Part shown: positions 1-8,598 of the stretch, one piece after another | Layout: every line of letters begins with the position of its first letter | How positions within the stretch are numbered: position 1 is the stretch's first letter | Source: Candidatus Auribacterota bacterium | GTDB taxonomy: Bacteria; Auribacterota; UBA6266 | Direction: 5' to 3' | DNA length: 17,532 nt | Assembly (NCBI GenBank): GCA_023136205.1 | Contig: JAGLRQ010000026.1 | Coordinates: 1-17,532 of the forward strand | Translations under genes and position numbers: made by a program | Notes under the pieces: generated by a model | The model's database searches: none | What the model saw: the letters and a program-made list of their open reading frames with translations, nothing else | Told to the model about the DNA's origin: nothing

Positions 1-138
1 CGTATTATCAGTTGAGCCATCGTCAATAACGATAATTTCGTGTGCTTTATAATCTTGATTCAGGACACTTTCAATCGCATCTGATATAAATGGTTCCCCG
101 TTATACGCAGGAATTAGTACACTTATTTTTGGATTCAT
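1..138 (-). CDS. Glycosyltransferase family 2, N-terminal fragment (gene continues beyond the left edge)
   Basis: Absent from the supplied ORF track (too short). My translation of the minus strand from ATG at 138 is [46 protein letters not shown]. This is a canonical GT2 N-terminus (SVLIPxYN plus DDGSTD nucleotide-sugar-binding motifs). GGAG (ctcc 147-150 on +) lies 8 nt upstream of the ATG. The gene overlaps the 3' end of the preceding gene by 38 nt in another frame. Confidence 0.8.
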   Translation of the reverse strand, partial: MNPKISVLIPAYNGEPFISDAIESVLNQDYKAHEIIVIDDGSTDNT

Positions 139-1528
139 AGTGTTTTCTCCACTCATTAGAAAAGAAACCGACATAATCTGAAAAGGTATTGCCCTGACTT
201 ACATTCTTCCAGAGTTCTCGTGATGCAAAACCTTCCGAAATAAATGGTACATCACTAATCTCTTTTAATAAATTTCTGAGAACTCTTTTGCCTTTACTAT
301 AACCAACGTTATATTTTGCCGGAAGAAACATTGCCGTCTTTATAATAGAAAAGTGATGATGCGGTGAGATAAATTTGACATTTAGCGCGTTTGCAGTCGC
401 TTTAATCCTTTCCATGCCTTCGTTTGAAGACCACAGGAAAAATCGTATGAGACCATAAAATTTTGACCTATCTATCTTCAAGGCGTTATTATAGACATGA
501 TAAACATTTAATATCTCATCCTTGTGTTCTTCCGGCAAATTAAAATGCTCTGTATATACATCGTAAAAGCGAGTTTTGGTCGATTTTATGTAATCCAGCG
601 CCTTGCCTATGATAGTATCTGTACCTACCTTCTTATTGAGATTTATACCGACTCTCTTATTGAGCAATATCTTCTCAAGCAACCACTCCTTGCAATACTC
701 CCTTCCGTTCTGAAAATGAGTGTCTGCCCCATAGCCATCTAACATATAAAATCCCGATATATCCCCCGTGCATTTTACCATTTTTTTAATCATTAAATAT
801 TCAGCTAATCCCGTCACGCAAAAACACGGATCATCGAGACTATCGAAATACGCATTGATATCGGCTGCGTCTACTTTATCCGTTCCATATAAAGTGTTCC
901 ACGGTATATCTTTTAAATGCCCGCCTAATCTTTTTTGCAACCTTTTCTCATCCTCCTGAGTCTCAGCGTAATGGCAAATCTTAACAATATGGTCTTTGAA
1001 TAATTCATATAATAAGAGGGAATCGCATCCACCACTTAACGAAAGTATCGCATTTTTGTTAAAAGAAGATTTTATTTCTGCAATTGCTTTTAAAAAAGCT
1101 CTCCTAAAATCTTCGATATCGTATTTTATGGTGTCGTTAAAATAGCTTTTTAGCTTATCCGTATTATAATTATAAGACCACCTTGATTCCTCTTGCCTCG
1201 AGATCTCCAGACCGATACCCGGCAAGGTTTTTCTTACGCCTTTTAATATCGTAAAAGGATAGGGTACATACCCTCTTTTCAGTTGAATTGGCCAAAGAGC
1301 ATCGTCAATGGAATAATCATAAAAATCCTTCAACTTATTTGAAATGACAATATTTTCGCCTTCGGTTACATAATATAATTTGTCAATTCCGAATAAATCC
1401 GGAGTTAAAATTACCTTGTTGCCAAACACTTCTACTGTGGACCCTATTCTATCCGTAACTATATTCGCTGTTTTATAAACGGTTGTATTGCCGTTCCTAC
1501 CATAGACACCCTTTAATACTACATTCAT
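101..1528 (-). CDS. Asparagine synthetase B-like ATP-dependent amidotransferase/amidoligase (PP-loop), lacking the glutaminase nucleophile
   Basis: 475-aa ORF. It has the PP-loop ATP-pyrophosphatase motif [14 protein letters not shown] at about aa 160-175, as in the AsnB synthetase domain. The N-terminal region is short (about 150 aa) and begins MNVVLKG, so there is no Cys2 Ntn nucleophile. ATG 1528 lies 4 nt after the flippase stop, with GGAGG upstream. Confidence 0.72.
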   Translation of the reverse strand: MNVVLKGVYGRNGNTTVYKTANIVTDRIGSTVEVFGNKVILTPDLFGIDKLYYVTEGENIVISNKLKDFYDYSIDDALWPIQLKRGYVPYPFTILKGVRKTLPGIGLEISRQEESRWSYNYNTDKLKSYFNDTIKYDIEDFRRAFLKAIAEIKSSFNKNAILSLSGGCDSLLLYELFKDHIVKICHYAETQEDEKRLQKRLGGHLKDIPWNTLYGTDKVDAADINAYFDSLDDPCFCVTGLAEYLMIKKMVKCTGDISGFYMLDGYGADTHFQNGREYCKEWLLEKILLNKRVGINLNKKVGTDTIIGKALDYIKSTKTRFYDVYTEHFNLPEEHKDEILNVYHVYNNALKIDRSKFYGLIRFFLWSSNEGMERIKATANALNVKFISPHHHFSIIKTAMFLPAKYNVGYSKGKRVLRNLLKEISDVPFISEGFASRELWKNVSQGNTFSDYVGFFSNEWRKHYESKNKCTNSCV

Positions 1529-1532
1529 CTAT

Positions 1533-3095
1533 CTACCTACCTCCTCGTTTTCTAAGAAACGCCGGGGTTTTTATCTTTTCTAATCTTGAGTAAAATTTAA
1601 AAAGAAATTCTCGTACAAGTGATTTTTCCCGCATGTCAAATATCAAACTATAGCTTAAAATAAAATAAAAAATCGCGCAAACTAACATTGTCAAAAGCAT
1701 GATTAAAATTGACGCCTTTGTAACAAATTTAAGGTAGTAAAAGAAAAGGCCAAAAGCTGCACATAGTACTAACGGCTTTACAAAGGAATTGATATAAAAT
1801 TTTAAATAAGGAATGCCGGCAATCCTGCAGGTATAGTAAGGAGAAAAAACAAGTGTCTGGAAAAATATAGCAATCGCAGCTCCCAGAGCAAAACCGGCCA
1901 ATCCCATTTTAAAATGAAGCGCGAATAAAAGACTTAGTATAATATTTAAGACAGAGCAAAAGAGCGTAACAATGCTGGGAATTTTAACCTTAGAAAAAGC
2001 TAAAGTAACCCCCCCTGAACACGCAAATACCAAACTGGGAAGCAAACCAACAATATGTATATACATAGGAACTATAGCGTCCTTAAACTTTTCCCCGACC
2101 CACAAAAAGACCAGTTCCTTCCCATAAAGGACGAGCAGTATACAAGCAGGTATTGATATTAGAGCGGAGACTTTGGTAAGAGAGGAATAGATTCGCCCAA
2201 CTCGTTTAAAGTCTTTTTTGGCCACCAATTCCGTAAAAGTCGGGGTTAATCCCCAGAAGGAGCGAGAAATCAACCGCTTCAACATATTCACGAACTTTAG
2301 GCTTATGGCGTATATACCATTAAAGGCCGGGCCCAAAAATCGATTAATCAAAATCATGTCAGTACGCGCGTAAAGCATATGGCCCAGAGAACCAATCGTT
2401 TGGAAGGACATGAAAGAAAAGAGTTCTTTTATTTTCGCGAGAGAGGCATCTTTGATTCTTATTTTTAAATTAGGAAAGAGCTTCTTGGCACCTCTTAAAA
2501 TTAAAACTTGCTCCACCATGACAGCAGCCAAATAGATCCAACCATAGTAATAAAGCTTCGGTGGGAATAGCCCGTATATCAAAAAACAAAGCAAAAAACG
2601 CGTTACATTCCTAAACCCTATATAAATATTAACAAGATCAAAACGCTGCTTGGAGTAGATAACTGCCCAGGCAGGTGTAAATCGGAATCGCAGCAAATAT
2701 GAAACAATCAGAAGAATAAATAATACTCGCATCCCCTGGGCAAATTCTACGGGGACAGTAAAAAGTCTTGTAAAAAATACCCAGATTATAAACCCTATGG
2801 CTGATGCAATTGCTATAATTCCAAATAAAATAACTTCTCCGGATGCAATGTAAGCGTTACTTTCCTCGTGCTTATTTTGCATAAGATAAAACCCCACATA
2901 CCGTCCAAGCGCCAGCCTAAAGCCATTAAATGCCATATCAAAAAACTCAATCAACGATTCCGCCAAGATAATAAGCCCAAAACCCTGCAGACCCAAACTC
3001 CTTATTAAAAACGGGACAAGTGCCAGGCCCAGAATCATTTCAAAAACACGTCCCACATTATTACTAAATATATTTATAAAAATCCGCTTTTTCAC
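1533..3095 (-). CDS. Wzx-type oligosaccharide/polysaccharide flippase (MOP superfamily polysaccharide biosynthesis protein)
   Basis: 520-aa ORF made almost entirely of hydrophobic helices (roughly 12-14) separated by short K/R-rich loops. The N-terminus ...NNVGRVFEMILGLALVPFLIRSLGLQGFG is typical of Wzx/RfbX-like proteins. GTG start at 3095 lies 3 nt after the GT9 stop. The family call is by pattern recognition, not search. Confidence 0.75.
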   Translation of the reverse strand: MKKRIFINIFSNNVGRVFEMILGLALVPFLIRSLGLQGFGLIILAESLIEFFDMAFNGFRLALGRYVGFYLMQNKHEESNAYIASGEVILFGIIAIASAIGFIIWVFFTRLFTVPVEFAQGMRVLFILLIVSYLLRFRFTPAWAVIYSKQRFDLVNIYIGFRNVTRFLLCFLIYGLFPPKLYYYGWIYLAAVMVEQVLILRGAKKLFPNLKIRIKDASLAKIKELFSFMSFQTIGSLGHMLYARTDMILINRFLGPAFNGIYAISLKFVNMLKRLISRSFWGLTPTFTELVAKKDFKRVGRIYSSLTKVSALISIPACILLVLYGKELVFLWVGEKFKDAIVPMYIHIVGLLPSLVFACSGGVTLAFSKVKIPSIVTLFCSVLNIILSLLFALHFKMGLAGFALGAAIAIFFQTLVFSPYYTCRIAGIPYLKFYINSFVKPLVLCAAFGLFFYYLKFVTKASILIMLLTMLVCAIFYFILSYSLIFDMREKSLVREFLFKFYSRLEKIKTPAFLRKRGGR

Positions 3096-3098
3096 CTT

Positions 3099-4223
3099 TT
3101 ACGGCCTCTCGATCTTTTTATTACTACCTATGATTTCTTTTACCTTCTCTAAAACAAATTCAGGGGTTATTAAATCCATACAATCAGATACGGGGCATCG
3201 GCCGTCAAATCTCTGTTTAAAGCAACACAAGCAATCCAAGTCGGGCTGAAGAATCACACCTTTTTCATATAAGTAAAATTCATTTTTATTAAAAATATTA
3301 TTAAGCAGGATAACATTTCTTTTTAAACCAATTGCAATATGCAGGGCCATAGTAACTTGTGTAACAACTACATCGCACTGATCAATTAAATCGACGAATT
3401 CAGAAAGTTCAAAAAATCCTGGATATTTCGCAGAAGTTTCAGTTGAAATGCGCAAGTTTTTCTTGTGCTCTTGAGGGCCGCCAAGAAGCAAGACTTCCAA
3501 ATTTAATTTCTTCAATCCATTTATTAAGTCAATCCAATGCTTGTCTTTCCAGAGCCGCGTTGTCCAGCGCGCACCGCAACCGGTGTTTAATCCTATAACG
3601 GTTTTACGCTTTTCTATATTATCCCAGGATTGATTTACACTCTTTTCCAAAATATATTCCTCACCTTTAAATTCAAAACCACAAATTTCAAAAATTTCCT
3701 GCATGTAATTTTTTGTACCGGCTTTATTCAAGTCATCCCACACCCCTGTGAGCCATTTGCGGGTAGTACTCCCTGTGCTAAGTGGTTTACATTTTCCGAA
3801 AGAATCCATACCAAAACCCGTCTTCTTTTGTGCTTCAATTTCCGATGATAGTGCAATGGCATTGTCATCTTTATCTAAATTAATCAGCCGGGAAAATTCC
3901 TGCGCCTTGAGCCATGTTATATCTTTAAGGTTGAACGAAAGTATTTTATCTACCCACTTAATTGGAACAAAAATTGGATAGTAAGTAAGCCAGACGATTT
4001 CCGCGTGTGGGTAGATACTCCTTAACTTTCTTAATAGAGGTGTCGTCCGGATCACATCACCTGCCGCTCCAAGTTTGATAATTAAAATTCGTTCTTTTAA
4101 CGGTTCATAGAGATTACAACCTTCGCAAAGGCATCCGGTTTTCTTGTGCGGTTTGCATGGGATATGTCCGCGATACCATCTACAATCGGTTTTGGTTATT
4201 CTTGATTTCCGCGGGTTTTTCAT
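3099..4223 (-). CDS. Glycosyltransferase family 9 (heptosyltransferase-like, GT-B) with Cys-rich N- and C-terminal segments
   Basis: 374-aa ORF. RILIIKLGAAGDVIRTTPLLRKLRSIYPHAEIVWLT is the hallmark GT9 N-terminal motif (K-x-x-x-GD, then P-x-L-x-x-L). The second Rossmann half follows (VIGLNTGCGARW..K.W, LLLGGPQE). AAGGAG SD overlaps the stop of the upstream BNR gene. There are five Cys in aa 14-36 and five more in the last 50 aa. Confidence 0.85.
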   Translation of the reverse strand: MKNPRKSRITKTDCRWYRGHIPCKPHKKTGCLCEGCNLYEPLKERILIIKLGAAGDVIRTTPLLRKLRSIYPHAEIVWLTYYPIFVPIKWVDKILSFNLKDITWLKAQEFSRLINLDKDDNAIALSSEIEAQKKTGFGMDSFGKCKPLSTGSTTRKWLTGVWDDLNKAGTKNYMQEIFEICGFEFKGEEYILEKSVNQSWDNIEKRKTVIGLNTGCGARWTTRLWKDKHWIDLINGLKKLNLEVLLLGGPQEHKKNLRISTETSAKYPGFFELSEFVDLIDQCDVVVTQVTMALHIAIGLKRNVILLNNIFNKNEFYLYEKGVILQPDLDCLCCFKQRFDGRCPVSDCMDLITPEFVLEKVKEIIGSNKKIERP

Positions 4224-4236
4224 TTATCGCTTCTCC

Positions 4237-6357
4237 TTACAATTTTGTTTTGTATACTGATCCGGCATAACGCGTAATATAGATATGGAAATCCTTTGGA
4301 TTATAAGCCATGGCGGCGACACCTCTGCCATAGGGTATATCCCCTGTAATTTCCGACCAAGTATGGCCTTTATTATTACTCCAATAAATTTTCCCACCTG
4401 TCTTTCCGTGCCATTGGACAGTGCTGACACCTATCCTATCCGGGTTTTCGGGATGTATAAACATAGCATCCACTGTGCCTTCTCCTGGAAACCTTGTTAG
4501 AAGCAACCAACTCTTTCCATGGTCTTTAGATACAAAAACTACGGGGCCGTTTAAACTACCTGTGACATAAATCCAGCCTTCCGGATTAACTGCCATGTCT
4601 AATACCTTTGTTGTTTTTTTAAACACGCGTTTCCAGGATTTTCCTCTATTCTCCGAGACGTAAACGCCGCCCCTCTTTCCATACGCACCCCAGAATAACC
4701 TATCTGAATTTGTCGGATCAACTGCCAACGCGTTATAAATCCTTTTTGACCCCGGCTGGCCTTCTGAATATTCCCAGTGCCAGCCACCGTCACGCGAAAC
4801 ATAAAGGCCGCCCCCATCATCTCCATCAATACCAAGGTAAACAATGTTGGGCTCTTTTGGGTCCAAAGCTAACGCCCTGGGATAGCCTTCCTTCCACATT
4901 GTATTAATTTTAGGACGCCTTTTCGGCAGCCCGTCTCGAACGGCAATAAAATTCATGCCCGCGTCTCGGCTTATAATAACCTGGTTGAAATCTACACCCC
5001 AGGGAGAGGAGGTCGCGATAATGTGTTTCGGATTTTTCGGGTTTGTAACCACACGCCAGACATGGCCGTTAACACTCTTTCTATAGCCTTTTTGGGGGAA
5101 AACCGGCTTATAGTTCTTGCCTCCGTCGGTGCTTTTTAGCAGGCCATTATCCATAGCAGCTACATAAATTTCGCCAAGAGCTGTGATATGAATATCCGAA
5201 CCCACGGTATTTGGCGAACCGTTAATTTTTTCACTCCATGTCTCCCCCTTATCATCGGAGCGCCATACACCCCATCCATCGCTAAAATAAAGTGTTTCCG
5301 GATCAAATACATCAAATGCTACTGAATTAGACTTGCTGAAATCCTTCTTCCATACACGCGTAGGATTAAGATTTTTATCATGTTTCAAATTCCTCTCAAT
5401 ATCTTTCCATGTCTCTCCGTTATCAGAACTTAGGAACACCCCACCATGCCAGCCTTTTTTCCACCCGGCTAATAATTCAATGTTACCGGAATTATCCTCC
5501 CTAACCGCCAACCTGATTACCTCACCGCGAGGGACGGCACTGGTAAACTGCCATGTTTTACCTTGATCAACACTATAAGCAACCTGTTTACCGGCAGTAA
5601 CATACAAGGCTTCCCTTTGCGCCATAGATACCATATCCCACACTTTTTCGCGCCCGATTTCACTCTTTATCCACTTCTTTCTTTGAAAATCATAATATCT
5701 AAGGCCTAATTCGGACGCTGCAAAGAGTTTCCCTCCGTCACGCGTAAGATGCAGGGCAGTGATCGGAACCCTCTTCCCGAAAGGATATTTGTTCCATCCC
5801 AGAAACCTCCATACTCCCCCGAAATATCGCCATATTTTTCCACCGTTTTGGGAAAAAAGTACTGTCCCGCGGTTTGTTCCTACATATAACTTATTATAAT
5901 CGTGTGGATCTACTACAATAGAACGGTAATTCCCGGGCCTCAAAAAGTTAATTTTGCCCCTCATCGACTCCAAATAACGCCATGTCTTTCCGCCATTATT
6001 CGATCTCATAATTCCGTCTTTTGTCCCTATATAAATCACATTGGAATTAGAAGGCGCTATAGCCAAAACCGCTATATGCAGGTTTATTAATCCCTGGTTG
6101 ATAAAATACCATTTCTCTCCCTTGTCATCGCTTCGCCACAACCCAGTTACATCACTCAAAAGATACACTCTACCTTTAATATTGAGATCTGGCACAACAG
6201 CCGGGTAAGCTCCTCCTCCATACCACCCTGCAAATTCCCAGCCATAGTTCTGCTGTTTTGCCTCGACAGCATCCACACCATGGCAGTATGACAATGCTAA
6301 AAAGAAACCAGCACAATAAAGCAAAAGATTTATTATTTTAATATTCCGTTTCCTCAT
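4237..6357 (-). CDS. Exported BNR/Asp-box repeat protein, probable tandem beta-propeller (GH74 / sortilin-Vps10-like architecture; possible glycan hydrolase or binding protein)
   Basis: 706-aa ORF with a signal-peptide-like N-terminus, MRKRNIKIINLLLYCAGFFLALSYCHGVDAVEA. I count 13 Asp-box or near-Asp-box motifs spaced about 45-60 aa apart: SDDKGEKW, SNNGGKTW, SQNGGKIW, TRDGGKLF, SVDQGKTW, SSDNGETW, SDDKGETW, STDGGKNY, SRDAGMNF, SRDGGWHW, SENRGKSW, SKDHGKSW, SNNKGHTW. Confidence 0.85.
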   Translation of the reverse strand: MRKRNIKIINLLLYCAGFFLALSYCHGVDAVEAKQQNYGWEFAGWYGGGAYPAVVPDLNIKGRVYLLSDVTGLWRSDDKGEKWYFINQGLINLHIAVLAIAPSNSNVIYIGTKDGIMRSNNGGKTWRYLESMRGKINFLRPGNYRSIVVDPHDYNKLYVGTNRGTVLFSQNGGKIWRYFGGVWRFLGWNKYPFGKRVPITALHLTRDGGKLFAASELGLRYYDFQRKKWIKSEIGREKVWDMVSMAQREALYVTAGKQVAYSVDQGKTWQFTSAVPRGEVIRLAVREDNSGNIELLAGWKKGWHGGVFLSSDNGETWKDIERNLKHDKNLNPTRVWKKDFSKSNSVAFDVFDPETLYFSDGWGVWRSDDKGETWSEKINGSPNTVGSDIHITALGEIYVAAMDNGLLKSTDGGKNYKPVFPQKGYRKSVNGHVWRVVTNPKNPKHIIATSSPWGVDFNQVIISRDAGMNFIAVRDGLPKRRPKINTMWKEGYPRALALDPKEPNIVYLGIDGDDGGGLYVSRDGGWHWEYSEGQPGSKRIYNALAVDPTNSDRLFWGAYGKRGGVYVSENRGKSWKRVFKKTTKVLDMAVNPEGWIYVTGSLNGPVVFVSKDHGKSWLLLTRFPGEGTVDAMFIHPENPDRIGVSTVQWHGKTGGKIYWSNNKGHTWSEITGDIPYGRGVAAMAYNPKDFHIYITRYAGSVYKTKL

Positions 6358-6447
6358 TTAGATATTTCCATAGTTAAGAAAAATATGCTTACTCGCAGTT
6401 CAACAAGTACTAATTAATTCAGGTGACTCTTTTCAAAAAAACTTTAA

Positions 6448-7851
6448 TTAGAACCCATCTAAATGAATCATATCTTTAAAACTTTCTTTTTCTCGTACAA
6501 CCCAATGTTTGCCTTCTGAAACCATAACTACAGCAGGACGTGTAAAAGAAAAGTTGTTAGAAAAAGATATACAGTAAGCGCCTGAATCCATAATCGCTAT
6601 AATATCTCCCACTTCTAATGATGGTAATTTCTTACTCCTGTATAATATATCTATAGGTGTACAGATAGGGCCAGCTATCTTATAAAACTCACTGCAATTA
6701 GAGTTCATCTTATTTGCAACAAAAATTTCGTGATATTCCCAAGAAACCGGAGAAGCAATATTTATACCTGCATCAATAATTGCAATTTTAAGCTCACTAT
6801 TTTCTTTTTTTAAATCACAGACTTTTGCAAGTAACATTTGAACATTACTAGTAATTACTCTCCCTGGCTCAAATAACAAAACTGGTAATTTTAGTTTATA
6901 CCTCTCACATTCTTTACAGACCGTACTTACAATTTTTTTTGCAAATACTCTCATAGAGGGAGTATCTTCAATATTTGGCGGCAGATATGGTTTATTAAAA
7001 CTATGATGCAATTTAGATTCAGTTTTGCTAAAACTTTTTACAGTTGACACACCAAACCCTCCACCTAAGTCAAGATATTTAATATAAACACCTAGTTTAT
7101 CTTTTATCTCATTAACAAATCCGAAAATCTCTCCCATTGCCTTTTCATACATAGAAGTGCTTTTTATATCGGTCCCAAGATGAATATGTATAGCTTCTAT
7201 CTCCAGACACCTCATTTTGCCTAATTTTTCAAATGCGTTAAATGCTTCCCCTGATTTTATTTTAAATCCAAACTGACTTCCCCATCCAATACTTGTGCAT
7301 ATCCTCACCCCAACTTTTGGACGTATTCCTAGACTTTCTGCAATTTTTTTGATTTTTTCAATTTCATTAAAAGAATTAATGTTGATAAGCTTAATTCTAT
7401 TTTTAATAGCTACTTTTAAACTTTCATCCGATTTATTAGGCCCGTTATAAATAATTAAATCCGGACTTACTCCTAATTTGAACGCAAGCCATAATTCATA
7501 AGGTGATATAACTTCTGCTCCTGCTCCACTTTCATGAAGAACCTTTAAAATTGCCGGTATAGGATTTGTTTTATATGAATAGTAAATTCCGAAATTAATA
7601 TTATTAGATTTAAAACTTTCATAAAATTCATTGTAATTTTTTTTTAATAGATCTCTGTCCACGACATGGATAGGCGTACCGTATTTTTCGGCTAGTCCAA
7701 CACAATTACAGCCCCCAATTACTAAACGGCCTCTTTTATTTACCTCCAATCCCCATAATGAATAATCCAGGTTAGTGGTTTTTCTTCTTTCAAATCTGCA
7801 TATTACATACTTAATAAACAGTAACAATATTTTTTTTATTAGTTTTTTCAT
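6448..7851 (-). CDS. PLP-dependent decarboxylase, alanine-racemase fold (fold III; diaminopimelate/ornithine/carboxynorspermidine decarboxylase family), substrate unknown
   Basis: 467-aa ORF with the family motifs: PLP-lysine YYSYKTNP, HIHLGTD, glycine loop LDLGGGFGV, EPGR, active-site Cys GPICTPIDIL, and MDSGAY. The core starts ...AEKYGTPIHVVD as in LysA/ODC. A roughly 35-aa extension with a hydrophobic helix (KKILLLFIKYVICRF) precedes it. There is no SD before ATG 7851. The gene is very A+T-rich. Confidence 0.85.
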   Translation of the reverse strand: MKKLIKKILLLFIKYVICRFERRKTTNLDYSLWGLEVNKRGRLVIGGCNCVGLAEKYGTPIHVVDRDLLKKNYNEFYESFKSNNINFGIYYSYKTNPIPAILKVLHESGAGAEVISPYELWLAFKLGVSPDLIIYNGPNKSDESLKVAIKNRIKLININSFNEIEKIKKIAESLGIRPKVGVRICTSIGWGSQFGFKIKSGEAFNAFEKLGKMRCLEIEAIHIHLGTDIKSTSMYEKAMGEIFGFVNEIKDKLGVYIKYLDLGGGFGVSTVKSFSKTESKLHHSFNKPYLPPNIEDTPSMRVFAKKIVSTVCKECERYKLKLPVLLFEPGRVITSNVQMLLAKVCDLKKENSELKIAIIDAGINIASPVSWEYHEIFVANKMNSNCSEFYKIAGPICTPIDILYRSKKLPSLEVGDIIAIMDSGAYCISFSNNFSFTRPAVVMVSEGKHWVVREKESFKDMIHLDGF

Positions 7852-7863
7852 TATTTATAAGAT

Positions 7864-8598
7864 TTATAAGGATTTCATAAAGACATTCCAAAACTTAGAA
7901 TTTTGTATAAATATCTTTCTTTTGCGTTTCTTATTTCCTAAAGATTCCACTATATATAACTTAAAACCTATTATTTTAAAATATTTAACATACTGATAAG
8001 AAATATAACCAGTGGAGCGAATTATTCCGTTGGAAGCAACATTAGTCGGCGAAGTAACTGCAAATATTCTGTCAACCGTTGTGTTGTTGAATAAATATTT
8101 TTCAATAAATTTCAAAGATCGTTTTGATAGAAGTCGTCCACGATATTGCCAAGGCACATACATTCCTGTTATATAGCCAATATTTGATGGAATATTCAAA
8201 TTTTCTATTCCAAGCCATGGAATGCTAATATTTAAGAATTCATTCCACCCATAAAAAGTATTTTCACCTTTATCTCTATCTTTCGCTAGAAACAACATAT
8301 ACCCTTTGCTCAACCTCTCTAATGCTTGTTTTTTTGTATACCAAATATCGTTATATTCTTCATCTATATCTTCTTCCGATGCTCTGTTAATATTTAAATT
8401 ATCAGTGAAATTCAAGCTGGAAGCTGTTAGTTGTTTCTGATACATAATTGCCTTTCTATATACAAATATAAAAGATCCTGACAAATACCAGATTCTCTTT
8501 ATAAAACTTATCAGGCCTTTCTCGTTATAATGATTAATTGCTTTTCTTATATATTTAGTCCATAATTTAACCCCAATATCTCTTAATATTATGTTCAT
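7864..8598 (-). CDS. GNAT-family N-acetyltransferase-like protein with hydrophobic N-terminal extension
   Basis: GNAT-like core with beta4-alphaA-type segment YITGMYVPWQYRGRLLSKRSLKFIEKYLF, followed by RIFAVTSPTNVASNGIIRSTGY (motif B-like). The N-terminal roughly 70 aa contain the hydrophobic helix LISFIKRIWYLSGSFIFVY. My preferred start is ATG 8598 (MNIILRD...). It has GAGG 7 nt upstream and an ATGA overlap with the stop of the upstream GT2. The track start at 8622 is 8 codons further upstream. Confidence 0.6.
   Translation of the reverse strand: MNIILRDIGVKLWTKYIRKAINHYNEKGLISFIKRIWYLSGSFIFVYRKAIMYQKQLTASSLNFTDNLNINRASEEDIDEEYNDIWYTKKQALERLSKGYMLFLAKDRDKGENTFYGWNEFLNISIPWLGIENLNIPSNIGYITGMYVPWQYRGRLLSKRSLKFIEKYLFNNTTVDRIFAVTSPTNVASNGIIRSTGYISYQYVKYFKIIGFKLYIVESLGNKKRKRKIFIQNSKFWNVFMKSL

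Noticed and set aside
524-959. Two short plus-strand ORFs (72 and 63 aa) inside the AsnB-like gene, and similar ones at 3630-3981, 4285-6090, 7775-7996, 12980-13216, 14061-14246, 14740-14937 and 16824-17021
   Set aside because: All are antisense or out-of-frame within longer ORFs that carry family motifs. None has a recognisable domain or SD.
101-1528. Lasso-peptide cyclase or beta-lactam synthetase interpretation of the Cys-less AsnB homologue
   Set aside because: There is no precursor peptide ORF, no transglutaminase-like leader peptidase/RRE and no beta-lactam pathway genes nearby. The glycan-locus context favours a sugar-carboxylate amidation role.
4224-4430. 68-aa minus-strand ORF overlapping the 3' end of the BNR gene
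   Set aside because: It is an alternative frame of a well-supported repeat protein. Its end abuts the GT9 start by coincidence of frames.
6358-6447. Terminator or internal promoter in the 90-nt gap between the decarboxylase and the BNR gene
   Set aside because: On the minus strand there is only a weak 6-bp stem (TACTTG...CGAGTA, with one G-U pair) before ATTTTTCTT, and poor -35/-10 matches. This is too weak to call.
7637-7645. Homopolymeric tracts as phase-variation switches: T9 at 7637-7645, T8 at 6933-6940 and 7830-7837 (decarboxylase), T8 near 12985 (FrhB-like), A8 at 10899-10906 (leader)
   Set aside because: All coding tracts correspond to AAA-AAA lysine codons in very A+T-rich genes and are expected from composition. 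There is no evidence of length polymorphism in a single sequence. They are worth a look only if population or read data exist.
6448-7851. Housekeeping lysA (diaminopimelate decarboxylase)
   Set aside because: This is not excluded by motifs alone. Several points make a plain lysine-biosynthesis role unlikely: the extra hydrophobic N-terminus, the tight linkage to a GNAT inside a glycan operon, the atypically low G+C and the absence of other dap/lys genes. I therefore left the gene symbol empty.
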